DNA of 63,873 nt, counting the filler, from Cercozoa sp. M6MM (taxonomy: Eukaryota > Protista > Endomyxa: Ascetosporea): NCBI GenBank assembly GCA_040357565.1. It is 12 parts of 12 records of this genome, joined end to end, with 100 filler letters (N's around TTAATTAATTAA, not from the genome) between each part and the next. Parts side by side here need not be neighbours in the genome. Positions count along the whole stretch, not along the records: positions 39,850 to 45,332 come from JBDODJ010000900.1; positions 45,433 to 52,779 come from JBDODJ010000633.1; positions 52,880 to 59,724 come from JBDODJ010000685.1; 9 more parts are not named here. One strand, 5' to 3'. Numbering within the stretch: the stretch's first letter is position 1; each line of letters opens with the position of its first letter. The notes under the pieces are model-generated. The model did not search any database and was not told where the DNA came from. It saw nothing but the letters and a program-made list of their open reading frames with translations. This document shows, in pieces, positions 43,709-57,360 of the stretch. Position numbers and translations under genes: made by a program.

Positions 43709-45310
43709 TCATGGGTCAGCAAATACCTGTACACGACGATGCCCACGCACACCAAAGGCGCCCCAATAGGTCGTGGACACATTTTGGATAGAGCTTAGCC
43801 GCTCAGCCAGCGTTTGCAGCGAGCCTGCAGAATTTCCATCAGCGTCGAAAAAAGAGGAATACTGGTACTGCGCTGTACCACCGAGCGACACGAGGACTTT
43901 TTCGCACACTGGCACACCTGACAATGCCTGAAACACACGACGAATGCAGTGTGATAAGAGTCGATTGATTTGGTACTTCTCTCAGCCAGGCGGAAGCAGC
44001 GTGAGCGAAACGCCAATGAACCTCAAGCACGCCAGGCTCCGTGTCAGTGCCAACCAGCGCACCCAGAGGACTCGCTGAGAAGTCCACCTGCCACAAAAAC
44101 TCAAGTGCGAGCTCTTGAAAGCCAGTTCGAACAAATTAAGAATGCAAAGCGAAAAAGCGAAAACAAAGCAAAAGCAAGCAAAATACCGAAAGTGAGCGCA
44201 TGACGGTGTCTGCTCGATGGAGCACGTTGTCAGTGGAAGCAAAAAAGTCTGCGCTCAGCTCAGTGACGTCGTTGCTCGTTTCTTCTAGTTGCTCGGCCAG
44301 TGCCAAGACATGCGGCACCGTGCATGAACTATCAGAATACTCACTCATTGGCACATCTCCCTTGACATTAGAGCTGAGGTACCTGGTGTTCTCGTCATCG
44401 AGCATGTCACCGAGGGCTGCTCGAATCGCCACGTCCGCGATGCACACCGTGTCCAGAGCATCACTGGAGGGGGAGGAGGTGCGAAGGAACAAGGTGAGAA
44501 GAAGGCAGAGTAGGGGGGGGGGTGAAGCTACCACGACAGCACTCTGCCCTCAGGCAGCTGCACCAGCAGAAAGTCCACCAGCACTGGCGATGAGTCAGAC
44601 GATGACGGTGACGCCGACCGCCGCACGAGCGACATGACACTCAACACGGCCGCCTGCAGCGCCAGTTGCGCTACCTCCTGCCGCTTCGTCGGGTCGGCGC
44701 ACTCGCCCACCAGCTTGGCCATCGTGCTTGTGCTGGGGGAGGTTAGAGAGGGTAAAGGAAGTGAGGTGCACAGGAGAAAGAGAGCGCCTACAAGGCAGCC
44801 GCCTCGTCATCGTCGTCGGCGCACGCGAGTGCCAACAACTCGGCCACGTCGCCGTCGTCGCAGGCCAGCAGAGAAAACGCAGCGTTCAGCAGGTGCTGCA
44901 CGCGCTCCGCCACGTCCACGTCCAGTTTCGACAGAGCTTCGCCCTGCGATACCCAGGTTTCGAAAGAGGGTATTGCAAGGAGAAGAAGGGAGACAGCTTA
45001 CCACGGCACGGACGTACTTGGTGGCCGCGTCGCCGTCATCGGTGGCCAGCTTGGCCGCACTGGGCAGCACACCCGACGCACTGAGCACCTCGGCGCACAC
45101 GTGGCCTGACGCCGCCAGTCGCAGTCGCACGACGTGACTGGACACACGTGCCACCAGTCCGAGGATCCGCGTCAGTCGCTGCATCGCAATCACCTGCTTG
45201 CGCAGGGCCGCGTCCTTCCGACTCGCCTCGTCTGTCATCACGACGCGCTGCATCAGCTTGCACACCAGTTTGTCCTGCGCCAGCGGCGCACTCGCTTGCG
45301 ACACCGACAG
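43709..45310 (-). CDS. C-terminal exons of a large alpha-solenoid protein (possibly the continuation of Nup188)
   Basis: Leu/Ala-rich helical exons ending VFADP*; 5' end truncated at the spacer facing the 3'-truncated Nup188-like gene on the same strand. Confidence 0.55.
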
Positions 45311-45432
45311 TACTGTCTGCGCGGGGGGGGGGNNNNNNNNNNNNNNNNNNNNNNNNNNNNNNNNNNNNNNNNNNNNTTAATTAATTAANNNNNNNNNNNN
45401 NNNNNNNNNNNNNNNNNNNNNNNNNNNNNNNN

Positions 45433-45481
<49 letters not shown>

Positions 45482-45507
45482 ATGATGGAGAGGCAGGGGT
45501 ACATGTC

Positions 45508-47407
45508 AGCAGATGCACGACGGCGGCAATGTCCGAGAGCGACTTGCAGCGAGTGGCCGTATCGACGTGCGATAGCGATTCAAACTGCCGCACACTAACG
45601 TGCAGTGCCGTCGCCAGCGCAGAGTACGGCGCCTCCAGCGTCCACAGCACAAAGTTGTCGTCGTCGCTCGCCGACTGCGACACGACGACACCATGAGTAC
45701 CGTACGGCACGCGCATGTCGACACCAAAAGGCAGGCCACCGACACGTCGGTCCTCACCCGAGCCACGCAAGGCCACCGATACCTGCACCGGCCGTGTGCC
45801 TGCTCAGTTAACAGAGGTGCCATTGGTTGCAGTTGTGGTTGGAAGTGAGGAGTCAGAAGAGAGGTGAGGCACCATCTACGCCGAGACCAAGCGCGTCGAC
45901 GAAGCGCGACGCAGGTGGCTGGCGAGGGGCAGTGCTCGCGTCAGCCAGCAGGCGTCGCGACACGCCGCGCTCGGCCACAGTGAGCGTGCCGCGCAGCAGC
46001 CACTGCGTCGCCCAGGCCGACTCCTGGCCACCCTTCTTGCTGCACCGACACCCAGCAGTATCATCCAGCAGCACCACCCAATGTATACCAAGGAGGCCCA
46101 GTGAAGGAGGCATCATACAATGGGCAGGTAGACACAGAGAGGGAGGAAGCGTACATCAACTCGGCCAGCAGGTACAGGAAGTCCATGCTCTGCGGGAAGC
46201 GTTCCAGCGACTGTCGAAACAGCGGCAGCAAGAGCTCAGCCACACGCGGTCGACGCCAGAACGTGCCGACAACGTCGCCGTCTTCGTCGGCGTGACCAGC
46301 CTCGCCCAGCACCCCTACCGCCGCGCGTGGATAAACACAGTCGCAGACAACACAAGGAACGGGTAAATGTGAGTGTGTACGAGCGCAGACACGCAGGATA
46401 TCGGCAAAGTCGTCGCGGCAGGCGCCATCGGCACCGAGCACAGGAGCTTGCGCACGGTAGTCCGGCGGAAACAGCGCGCCCTGCACCGTCGAGCACAGCG
46501 GCGACGCAAACAGCACCGTCCAAATGCCGAGCTGCGCGGACATCGCATGCCGCCGGCACACACTGCCGGGCGCTCCTCGTGAGCGGGCCCAGTCGTACAT
46601 CTGCGAGAGTGCACTCGGCAGGTGCAGTTCCTCCTCCTGCGCACATGTCATCAGCACCGGCGCAAACTCCGACACAAGCTCCTTCGCATCCTCGCCTGTA
46701 TTATATTATAATTAAAACTATATATATATGTGTGTGTGTATATATATATATGCATATCTATGTATGTCTGGACAGGGAACATACACTGGTCGAGAATGTC
46801 GGTGGTGACAGAGGCAGCGCACACCAGCGCCAGCAGCAGCGGCAGCCACGTGCGCGACTGCGGCAGTCGCGAGGCAACCTGGCGACGAAGTGCTCCAAAC
46901 AGAGCGCCGTTGTTGGCCAGCAGCACGTGGGAGGACGTCGAAGACGGCGTGTCGCACTCGAGCCACGCATCGCGCAGCTCGCGCAGTCGCAGCGAGCGCA
47001 GCAGCAGCGCCTGCGCCGCAAAGGCCGCCGAGGCGTCGCTCTCAACAGAAACGCAGTCGTGCACACTGCCCAGCAGTTTTTGAAGCAGGTCCAGCACCAC
47101 TGTGGTATCTGTTGTCACACGCTGGCACAGCAAAGCTTCAAGCACGAAGCGCAGTTCGACGTGCGCGCGACGTGTCGTTTTCTTGCACAGTTCACCTGCA
47201 GTGGCCAATAGCTGCGCCGTCTCTAGCTGCGACACGTCGGCATCCTCACCAGCGCCTAGCGACAGAGCGCGCTACCATAAAAGCAAAATCGTAAGAACAT
47301 ATTCGAGGCGCTCTGGAGTTGAAAGGAAAAGGTACCTGTAAGCGTCCTGCCAGTGCGTCGTCTTGCTCCCAACACAGCAGACGCCGCGCGAGCACGTCGC
47401 CACTCAT
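45508..47407 (-). CDS. NUP188: Nucleoporin Nup188-like, N-terminal part (3' truncated)
   Basis: SLERFPQSMDFLYLLAEL and MRVPYGTHGVVV...VLWTLEAPYS resemble the Nup188 FP..LL.LL.AL and IP.GT.G.V...V.W...YS motifs; start approximate. Confidence 0.65.
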
Positions 47408-47695
47408 TGTCGCGACACACTCGCTTGGTCTACTTCCAGCACACAAGCAGATCCAATCTATCTTGTTGTTGTTGATCTTCTCTTGGAATCAGAAGGTGAT
47501 CCCATTTTCCAATGGGCTCAACAAAATAGCCAAAAAACCCGACCGGCCACATCGTGTGCTTCACGCTGGTTGTAGTTGTTACTCGTGTGCATTTGAGTTT
47601 GCGCGAACTTAGACAGCTCAGTGATCAACACAAGTTTTCCGCATTCTGTCACAGGAGGCGCACTTCAACTATTACTTTCCCACAGGTAACACAAA

Positions 47696-49767
47696 ATGGC
47701 CCTCCGTGTTGCTGCTGTTGCCCGCGCAACCCGCGTCGCTGTCGGTGCTTCCGGCCGTGTTTCTGCCGCCGGTGTGCGCTGCTACATGGACGATGATGAC
47801 TTTGGCTTCGAGCCGGATCGTCGCGAATCGTTCCGTGGTGGCCGTGGACGTGGTGGTGGACGTGGTGGTGGTCGTGGACGCGACTCTGGCATGCGTCGCA
47901 ACGAGGTGCTTTTCCCTCTTTTGTGTGTGCGGGGCACTGTGTGGATTTGTTTTTTTAAACGCCGTTTTTGTATTGTTTCGTCTGATCAGGACGACGGTGG
48001 TCTCGCTGCCCTCGGTCTGTTCGATGACTCGTTCTTTGATGCGACAGAGCGCTTCGACCGCGCGATGGACGACGATGGCGAGTCCTCGTTCGACGACGTG
48101 AAGGAGCGTGAGGCCGGTGAGCTTGAGGAGTACTTCCAGATGCCGGTGAAGCTAAAGGGTGCCGGTGCTGATATCGAGCCGGTGGATTCGTTTGATGCGC
48201 CTGAGGCGGCACTGGCGCCGCAGGTGTTGCGCAACGTGCACCGTCTGAAGTGGGAGCGTCCGACGCCGGCGCAGCGCTACTCGCTGCCGCTTACGGCTGC
48301 CGGCCACGACATCATGTGCTGTGCACAGACGGGCAGTGGCAAGACCGGTGCCTTTGTCATGCCGGTCGCCTCGTACCTCGCCGCCAACAAGCGAACCGAG
48401 CCGCGTGGTGAGGCCGCTCCCGCCGCCCTCGTGCTGACGCCGACTCGAGAGTTGTGCACGCAGGGTAAGCAACTCCATCGCCAGTCCTCCCTCTTGTGTT
48501 TCACCATGTTAGTGCTTTGTGGTGTGCAGTGGCCACGGAGGTGCAGCGCATCACGGCCGGCACCAAGCTCGGTGTCGCCGTGGCCTACGGTGGCGCCGGT
48601 CGCGAGCCGCAGATCAAGGCGCTGCGGCGCGGTGCGCAGCTGCTGGTGGCGACGCCAGGCCGTCTGCGCGACCTGCTCGACAGTGGCATGCTGACTCTGC
48701 GCAGCTGCCGCTTCTTGGTGCTCGACGAGGCCGACAACATGCTCGACATGGGCTTCCTGCCGCAGGTGCGTCAGATCGAGAGCGAGTTCGACATGCCGCC
48801 GCCGGCGGAGCGTCAGACGCTGCTGTTCTCGGCGACGTTCCCGCGCGAGATCCGCCAGCTGGCGCGACAGTTCCTCAAGCCGGAGCACGCCTTCTTCTCG
48901 GTCGGCGAGGTCGGTAGCACCACCAAGCTCATCACACAGACCGTGATCGAGGCGCCCGTGTACTTCTCGGATCGTGTCGACATGCTCGAAAACGTACTCT
49001 TGTGTTGCAACTGCGTGTGTGTGTGTGTGTATGTGTGTATGTGTGTATGTGTAGTACCTGACGGACGGCACAGAGGGCAAGTCGCTCATCTTCTGTGAGC
49101 GCAAGGCCGACGTGAAGGACGTCGTCTTGGAGCTGAACAAGCGCGGCCAGCGCGTCGTCGGTCTGCATGGCGACATGACGCAGGGCGCTCGCGAGCAGGC
49201 ACTAAACGCCTTCCGTGGTGGCCGTGTCAGTGTACATCTCTTGTTGTACTCTCTGGGTGCCTGCAGCTACTGTATGCTTCACCTGTCTGTCGCTATGTGC
49301 AGACGCTGGTGGCCACGGACGTGGCTGCGCGTGGTATCGACATTCCCAACGTGTCGCGCGTGCTGCAGTTCACGCTGCCGAACTCAATCGATCAGTACAC
49401 GCACCGCATCGGCCGCACTGGTCGTGCCGGTAACCGAGGTGAGGCCATCACCTTCGTCAACGAGGCCACGGGCCAGCTGTGCGGCAAACTCGTCGAGAAG
49501 CTGCGCGAGACCGAGCAGGACGTGCCGGACTTCCTGGTCGACATCGCCCGTCGTGGCGGTGGCGGTCGCGGTGGCTACGGCAACCGACGCGGCGGCGGCG
49601 GTCGACGTGGTGGCTACAGCAACCGACGCGGCGGCGGCGGCGGTGGCTTTGGCGGCTACAACAACCGACGCGGCGGTGGTGGCGACGGTGAGCGCAGCAC
49701 GTACAACAACCGTCGTGGTGGTGGCCGCGGCGGCGACTATGACAACTTTGACTGGGACGCCATGTAA
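47696..49767 (+). CDS. Ded1/DDX3-subfamily DEAD-box RNA helicase with RGG-rich ends and a mitochondrial-like presequence
   Basis: Q motif [42 protein letters not shown]; 4 GT-AG introns; complete ATG to TAA. Confidence 0.95.
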
Positions 49768-50112
49768 GTCTGCGACCTCTCGTCCCTGCGCCGCGCACGC
49801 TCTCTCGCTCCGAGCCAACCAAGCTTGAATTCGCAAATATTGAAAACGAAAGCCAAGCGAAACTAGGCACGTTTGCGTTGCCACATGCGCTCGTCGCTTT
49901 AGGTTGCATTGAAAGTTTTCTATGATACTATTTATTTCGGGTTTCACTGGCGAATCAATGGCACGGACTCGCACTTGGGTATGCCCCAGATTGGCGGGGC
50001 GTTTAACTGGCGTTGTGGGACCTAATCATTGCAAGCAACAAATAACCTACTATTTCGTTTATTACGACGGAGGGACTGAACTACTTCTGTTTTGTCACTG
50101 ACGATCATGAAT

Positions 50113-52067
50113 TTACATGTCACCGATGGGCAGCGCAAGACGACGCTGCAGTTGTGCGTATTGCCGCGCAAGCGCAGGCGATACGAGCGGTGCCAAAGAA
50201 TCACAGGCGCGAGTAGCCAAGTGACACAACTGTTGCCATTCGTCGCGATGTGCCAAAGTCCGCGGTCGCAGAGCCTCGCTGCACACCAAAGAGTGCTGGC
50301 CGTCAAGGGCATACCGATGGAGCGTACCAATCAAGCAAGTCGACAAGAAGGTCGAGCGCAGCATCGGGCACAACGAGACCACCGCGTACGACGGCATCGG
50401 CCACACGCAGTGTCAGCATGTCACGCAGACACAGACGAATCGTGCGCAAGTGCATGCACACGTGGAAGGGTAGTCGCTCGAGCATCACTCGGATCGCTTC
50501 GATCTGCAAAGCTGCCGCTGACTGTCTGCGGAGAATCAAGTGCTGGTGGGTGAGAACAGGTGAGTAGTAGTCGTACGATGACATAGAGCCAAGTGACGCG
50601 TCACGCACTGCCTGCAGCGTGTGGAGTAGCAGCTTCTGTGAGAAGCGCCACATGTGTGTGTGCACTGAGTTGCTGGAGCCGTCGACGACGATAGACGGCG
50701 CCTGCACCGGCACAGTGCCGCACATGGACGCAGTGCACAGCACAGCGGCCGCCAGCGCAGCCACGGCCACCTCACTGGCCGGCAGCACGTGCAATAACGC
50801 GTTTGTGCACGGTATCAAGACCTCTGTCTTCTGTGCAAGCAAGGCCGTCTCTTCGTTAGAATGCCGGTGAAAACACTACCTCGGGAGAGCCAGCGAGGCT
50901 GCACATCGAAAGTATGCTCCAGGCGGCCGCTTCCTGTTCCGGAATTGAACCACTCCTGACACAGGCGTTGTTAATACAAACGGCAAAGCGGAACCTATGC
51001 CGAAACGGGTACCCACGCAATAACCGAGAGCTGAGCTGGAAAACGATGTCACACTGAGCACACACAAGACATAGTTTCAGACAACAATGTAAAGGGGAAA
51101 CTGGAACATACGTGCTCATGTCGGAAACTCGCGCAGAACATAAGAATGTTGTGTGCAAGAGTCGGATCAACGGGAACAGTGTCGCGTGTGCTGTCTTCCT
51201 TTGGTTGTTGTTGATGCTCGGTGTAGTTACCAATGACACGAGAGTTGACAAGCGGCCGCAAACGATTTAGCCACCTACCAATCAGCACTAGCGTGATAAT
51301 ATCTAACCACTTGCAAACGATACCTGTGCACATGACGTGCCATGAAGTTGCTGTCGCCTCGACGGGCCCAGCTGTGGATCTGTGACACAGTCACACGAGT
51401 CACACACACAAAAGATATGCGTGAAACTATAAGCACAGCAGCGACGCAGTCTCTGATGCTAACATCCTCGATTTCCATCTCTAGGTGCTCACGTTCACTG
51501 CACCAGCACAATTTGCGAGAACACGAACACGATGCAGTCGCTGGTGATACCTGTGCAACAGCGGCAGCCAATGATGCGAGGGACGCCACCTAGCGGCGAC
51601 GCAGAAGGCAATGTCGGCTCGCTCAATCTCACTCAACGTGTCTGTGTCTTTGTTGCGCAAGCGTTAGAGATCAAGCAAATGCAAATGCAGCTAGACTGTA
51701 TACCTTGCAGAACAGAGTGCAACGACGCCAATTGGGACATCAATATGGCACGTGCAGTTTTCGCAGCACGCTGAGTGTCGGTGTCTTTGCCAGCAGGCCG
51801 GCGCCACATATCCCGGGATAACTCCATCGTAGGACCTATGTTATTTGCACACACATGCGAGATACAGAGGAAAAGAACACAGTGATAATGTACCATGCGC
51901 CGTGGCAACATCCCGCAGCCATTCACGCACCTCCTTCCGCATCTCTAAGCTTCGCTCACTCCAAAAAACGGTATTGAGTCTTTTAAAGTGACTGGGAGAG
52001 CTAGCTACACAACTACAGGACTGTACACAACTTTTCTGGTTTGCTTTGAATTCTTGGATTTCTGCAT
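50113..52067 (-). CDS. Hypothetical ARM/HEAT-like helical protein
   Basis: Series of GT-AG-bounded helical exons ending LQRRLALPIGDM*; start uncertain. Confidence 0.5.
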
Positions 52068-52247
52068 TCCCGGACCGGCAGAGGCAGCCGGGCCAGATGC
52101 GATGGATTGGATCAGTATCACGTGCTGTGCGATCGAGAAACAATGGCCTCAGAACTTGGCAAGGAGAACTGAACGACTGGAATAATGAATCAAATACGAT
52201 AGGCGGGCGACGCATTCGACTGTACTACTAGCGTAGTCACTTGCAGA

Positions 52248-52726
52248 TCAGTCGTAGTTATCGTTGATGCGGAAAGAACCCGTGACAGGATCCAGCACTT
52301 CGACGCCTTCCTTCTTCTTGCGCCTGCAGCCAAACAAGGTACAATAAAAGATGTGATGGCTGGAATGATTATAGAGGCAGGGACGGATACCCCACAAGGT
52401 AGATGCCGAGACCCACACAGAACAGGATGAGAGTGATGGCCGTCACTATTCGTAGCAACAGCAAAAAAAGACAATAGAGATAACCTGTTCGCAGCAGCAG
52501 CAACAGCAGGAAAAAAAGACAACAGAGATAGTTTTCGTTTGTACTGCCAAAGATGTCGGCCCCGCCATCGCTTTTGATGGGAGCAGGCATCGACTGGGAC
52601 GGAGCACCACACCTGCTCACCATGACATGCATAATGCTCTATCGCACGCGTGTCGGTGCATGTTTTAGTACATGGTCTCCCAGTGCTTTTCGGAGACGAG
52701 CGAGTCGGCGCGTTTTACAAAGTCAT
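52248..52726 (-). CDS. C-terminus of a type I membrane protein, probably a histidine acid phosphatase (5' truncated)
   Basis: DFVKRADSLVSEKHWETMC resembles the lysosomal acid phosphatase end (F......P..W...C); followed by TM AITLILFCVGLGIYLV and a short tail. Confidence 0.5.
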
Positions 52727-52779
<53 letters not shown>

Positions 52780-52879
52780 NNNNNNNNNNNNNNNNNNNNN
52801 NNNNNNNNNNNNNNNNNNNNNNNTTAATTAATTAANNNNNNNNNNNNNNNNNNNNNNNNNNNNNNNNNNNNNNNNNNNN

Positions 52880-52929
<50 letters not shown>

Positions 52930-53563
52930 TGTCAGTAGTATACGCAGAAATAGTACTGTTTCTTCCTGCACAGTAGCTTTGCTGATTCGACACAATGCTC
53001 TCCTCTTCGGTGTCAGCAAGAGGACGCTCAAGGTGGTGCAACTCGCCATTGGACAGATTAGGGAGCATGCGATCCGCACCAATGACTCCTTGATGTAAGA
53101 ACACAATTCTGACGATGTATTAATTTTAATTTCGCACTGTTATGTTCTCTTTGTGTGCAACTGGGCAGAAAGCGAAACGTAAAGTCTCTTTTCATCGCAC
53201 TCAACAACGTGCAGGTCCCACCGACTTTTAAGCACCGTCTGTCGACTACACCGACCCCCATGAATCGTGGACAGCGTTCACATCGGCGATATCGGTAGCG
53301 GTAGAAACGTTAACGTGACTGTTCGGTTGCGTTGAAGCTACTCGCTATCCTTGCGTTGATATTAAAATGAACTGAACGTCAACTTTCTGTTCCGAGCTCG
53401 AGTCTACGCCGTTTTAAAACGTATCGGCATCTAGTATTTTACGGCGTCACGTCGCATGCACGCCATTGGCGCAATCTTAGTACTGTACACCGACGACAGT
53501 ACTCTAGTGCCACTGCAACTTTAATCTCCTGTTGTGAAAGGGCTCAACGCAGCTCGAACGCAA

Positions 53564-55252
53564 ATGCGTCTGCTCGGTTTTGTGGTCGCCTCAACAGTGG
53601 CGGTTTCGTATGGCACCGTGACTTCTTTCGAAGTGAACGTAGATTACTTTCACAACACCGATTTAATGTCACACTGTACGCACTGTGTCGAGGAGATAAC
53701 TAAATCTTCTGTAGGACCCCGGTCTTGCTCCTTGCAGTGGCCTGCCTCGTGGCGTGCCACCGGCAACCACGACTACGATCGCGTACCCGCCCTCTTTCAA
53801 CGAGGTCAACTGGAGAAACGTTGGGCCAGTGACACAACTGCAATCCTCGCAAAGCCAACAGACTGGTCCTGTCGTCGTGTGTCAGGACAGAGCGCGCCTA
53901 CAGACGCCAGCTTTCGTGCCACCTGCTTCCGTCAGTGCCTCTGTGGCTCCATCGGCCTCACTGGCTCAGTTGAGCTCAGGCTCATTTCAGTCTGAGCGTC
54001 GCTTCACATACTCTAAGGAGTGCTTGGTACAGTGTAAACTCCAGTCTGTACTTTAGTTCTCTTGTCTTCTGATACTGATTGTTTAAATGCACAGACGTAC
54101 AATCACAAGGGCGAGCTCATCGACAAGAGGGTCGAAGTGAAGGACAACCTAACTGAAAAAGAACTTCAAGCGGTGTTCTCAGCTGTTGGCAGTGCGAAAA
54201 CTGACTCAAAACCGAATGAGACTGAAGCAAGTGCTCGAGTTCGTGGACCAGCCTACGCGCCTGCCTGTGACTCGAGCACTCCGCGCATGGCAACCACAGT
54301 GCAAATCGACGAAACACGCAACACGTCCAAGCAGATTCCACTTCGAGGCAGTCGACCCGTCGTGGCGCGTCGCTCAAAATTCTCTGGCTGGAAGTCTGAC
54401 TCTAGCTTGAGCTACTCAAGCGACTCGTCATCCAGGTAGAATACTGTGTGCTGAATATTAGACACTGATAGAACACAAATACACCGACTGCCTTGAAAAT
54501 TGACTGAATGAGCGCAGCTCGGAGGACGAGTCACTGCCGCCGGCGGGCTTTGTGTTACCCAGCAAGCTCGGCAAACTCACACAAACTGCCGAGTGGAAGA
54601 TCAGTTCGAACTCGGGTTTAAACGATGCTGTCTCGTCTTCGGTGACGCTGAAAGCTGCCGAAATGAGAGCCGCTGTGGACGACCTGTTGGCGCAGACTGC
54701 TCCTCTGACAGCACGTTCTCTCTCTGAGGTGCGTGACGGCGTCTTCCTTGATTCGCAACTCGCCCTGTGGCGCATGAACGAGTGGACCCGACGATTTGGA
54801 AACGTTCTTCGAGCGGTGAGACACTACTGTACCACAGTAGTGCGAACTTGAAGCTGTACTGTCGTGTGTTTGCGCAGATGAAAGCAAGCAACCTGGCATT
54901 GAAGGTCATTGATCTCGATGATTTCCAGACACTCGAGTACACTGCAATTGCGCGAGACTTTAACGAAGCGACTGGGCGTGGCACACTGGCCGACAACTCG
55001 TCTCTTGATGTGAATGACTTTCTGGATGAACCGCTTCTTGCCTTCAGCACGGCAGAACGCTCTATCGGCGCCTGGAACCGACTGCGCGACACTCTGCTGA
55101 CTCGAGCCCGCGAGGATGCAGATGCTGGCGAAAACTATGCGGAACTGCTCGCAGTGTGCAACCACATGGTGTCAGAGTTCCACTCGCTGCTCAAATCGCT
55201 CACTATCCTCATGCGCAACCACTTCCGCAACTTTAGATCGACTCCTCGCTGA
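53564..55252 (+). CDS. Putative secreted protein with Ser/Pro-rich N-half and helical C-terminal domain
   Basis: MRLLGFVVASTVAVS signal-like start; long exons joined by GT-AG introns; no family recognised. Confidence 0.6.
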
Positions 55253-55365
55253 CTGACTGTATCAACTCGCGTTTTTACCAAACTGACAAAATACAAAAAT
55301 ATATTTGTCAGGTTAGTTCAGACCAGCTGCAGAGTTTAGGGACACGAGGTTCGTAACACGTATGC

Positions 55366-56837
55366 ATGCTTAGGTGGTTCGCAGTGCTCTGGACGACGTG
55401 TTTCAGCGCGAAAGGCTCGACCCAGCAGATGCCGGTCTTTGCGGCGAACAACAACACGTCGCCGCAGCAAGTGGACGTTGCAGCCACTGCGTCGACCCCG
55501 CAGAACCTCACGCAGACGGCAAACATGCCAGGAGTGGAAACCCGTGATTTCGAGCTCCGACAGCAAGCCGGCCAGGACACAATGGCGGGTCAGATGTTCG
55601 AAATCTCCGTTGCGACCGAGCAAGCAGCGCTGCGAGCACTTTTCGACTCCCTTCGTACCGTCTCTCTCTCTCAAACATTAAAGTGTTGAAGTGTGCCTGT
55701 GTGAGAAAAGACGGTTCGCGGTGGCGACGCGGCTGGAATTTGCAGAAAACGATGCGCTTCCAGGTGAATCTCGGTCCAGCTGTGCCGCAGTACGTGATCG
55801 AGCGTCGCACGCTGTGCGGAGAGTTCGGAGTCACGTGCACCAGCAACGGCCGCGTGCTTCGACTCGAACTCGAATCCAACGGACTCTTTGGATCTGCTGC
55901 TTCGGCCTTTGACGGTCTTGCTTCACTGGGCGAACTCGAAGTTCTCAACCTTGCGTACACTGACTCAGCTTGCCATCGATTGATCTATCATGAGTAGAAA
56001 CTGGGAACAGGTTCAACGACATCGAAGGCGAGCTGCCACTGGAACTGCTGGCGAGTTTCGTGCGCGTGATTGAAGTGAATCTCGCCGGCAATGCTCTGCG
56101 CGGTCGCTTGCCGGTGGGCCTCATGTCAAGTGCACTCGGACTCGAGCGTTTGGACCTCAGTTACAACATGTTCGATGACACGCTGCGAGACAACTTTGTG
56201 GCGCCGAGTCTTCGCGAACTGCAACTCAGTTCGAATCAGTTGCGAGGAACAGTGCCCATGTCGCTGTTTGAGAGAGCGCCGCGCTTGCGTCTGCTGTACC
56301 TGGACGACAATCGACTCAGCGGCGACTTGTTTCCGAACACTTTGACGGCACTGCCACAGTGGTCGCAACTCAGACATCTGTGTCTCAGTAACAATCAGCT
56401 CGGTGGACCATTGGATCGAATGGTCGGTGGCATGTCAGTCTGGAGCAATGCCACGTCGCTACGTTTCGTTGCAGTCGACGGCAACGAATTCAGCGGAGCC
56501 TTGCCGACTGTTTGGTTCGACAGAGACGTCACTCCTGACGTAAGTGCTACCTCTCGACCGTTCTTGCTTTCTTCGGTAAAATACTGTACGTTAGTTCTAC
56601 GCTGCATTGTAGATGAGAACAGTTCTCGCCTTTGAGAATCGACTGTCAGGTGGCAGCGTGAGTGGCGCGAAACTGCCTCCCGCTTTCGAACGTCTTGATG
56701 TCGCGCAGCAACGCAGTCCGGGAGGTCCCATTCAATGCCCTACCGTCACATTCGCGCCCCGAGGACAAGTTACTAAACTGAGTCACGTGCGGTGCGACAA
56801 CACGCCCGACGGCGTCGCTGAGGCACTCGGAGCATGA
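55366..56837 (+). CDS. Secreted plant-type leucine-rich-repeat protein
   Basis: Signal-like N-terminus; LRRNT_2-like cap (EQAALRALFDSL..W..C..GVTC..GRV..LEL); repeats LxLxxNxLxGxLP; no TM or kinase domain. Confidence 0.88.
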
Positions 56838-57145
56838 CAATTGTAATCTGTGAGATAGGGGTACCCGTACCCCTTTGCTGAATTGGTTCACGGCGGACGT
56901 TGTTGCGCAGAACGGAATAGACGAAAGTAGTGATGATGGTGACGACTCAGAGTTTGAGCTTATTTGAATGTAAGTTTAAAACGGGCAAAAACGTTAAACA
57001 TCGACAGCACATTTGGATGACAGAATTTTTCGGACTTTTTCGAAATTGCTGTATTTTTGGGTTGTTCGATTTTGCCTCGAAAAACCCCCCGCCATACCCG
57101 GACGCAGATCCTCGAAAGGAATTACATCGCATCCATGCAGCGCAG

Positions 57146-57306
57146 TTATTCGCGTGGAGGATTGAATTGTTGCTCTACGAATTTCTGCAGTGTCAAAGCG
57201 TAATCCCACGGGTTGAGCGGGACCCGCGGAGCAATGATTGAGACGACGGCAGGTGTGTATGTATGTATCTGCCAAAACAAAAACAGAAACTATGTACACC
57301 GACCCC

Positions 57307-57360
<54 letters not shown>

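Noticed and set aside
52453-52530. Direct repeat AGCAACAGCA..AAAAAAAGACAA.AGAGATA
   Set aside because: Local two-copy duplication inside one intron; not CRISPR-like and not found elsewhere in the window
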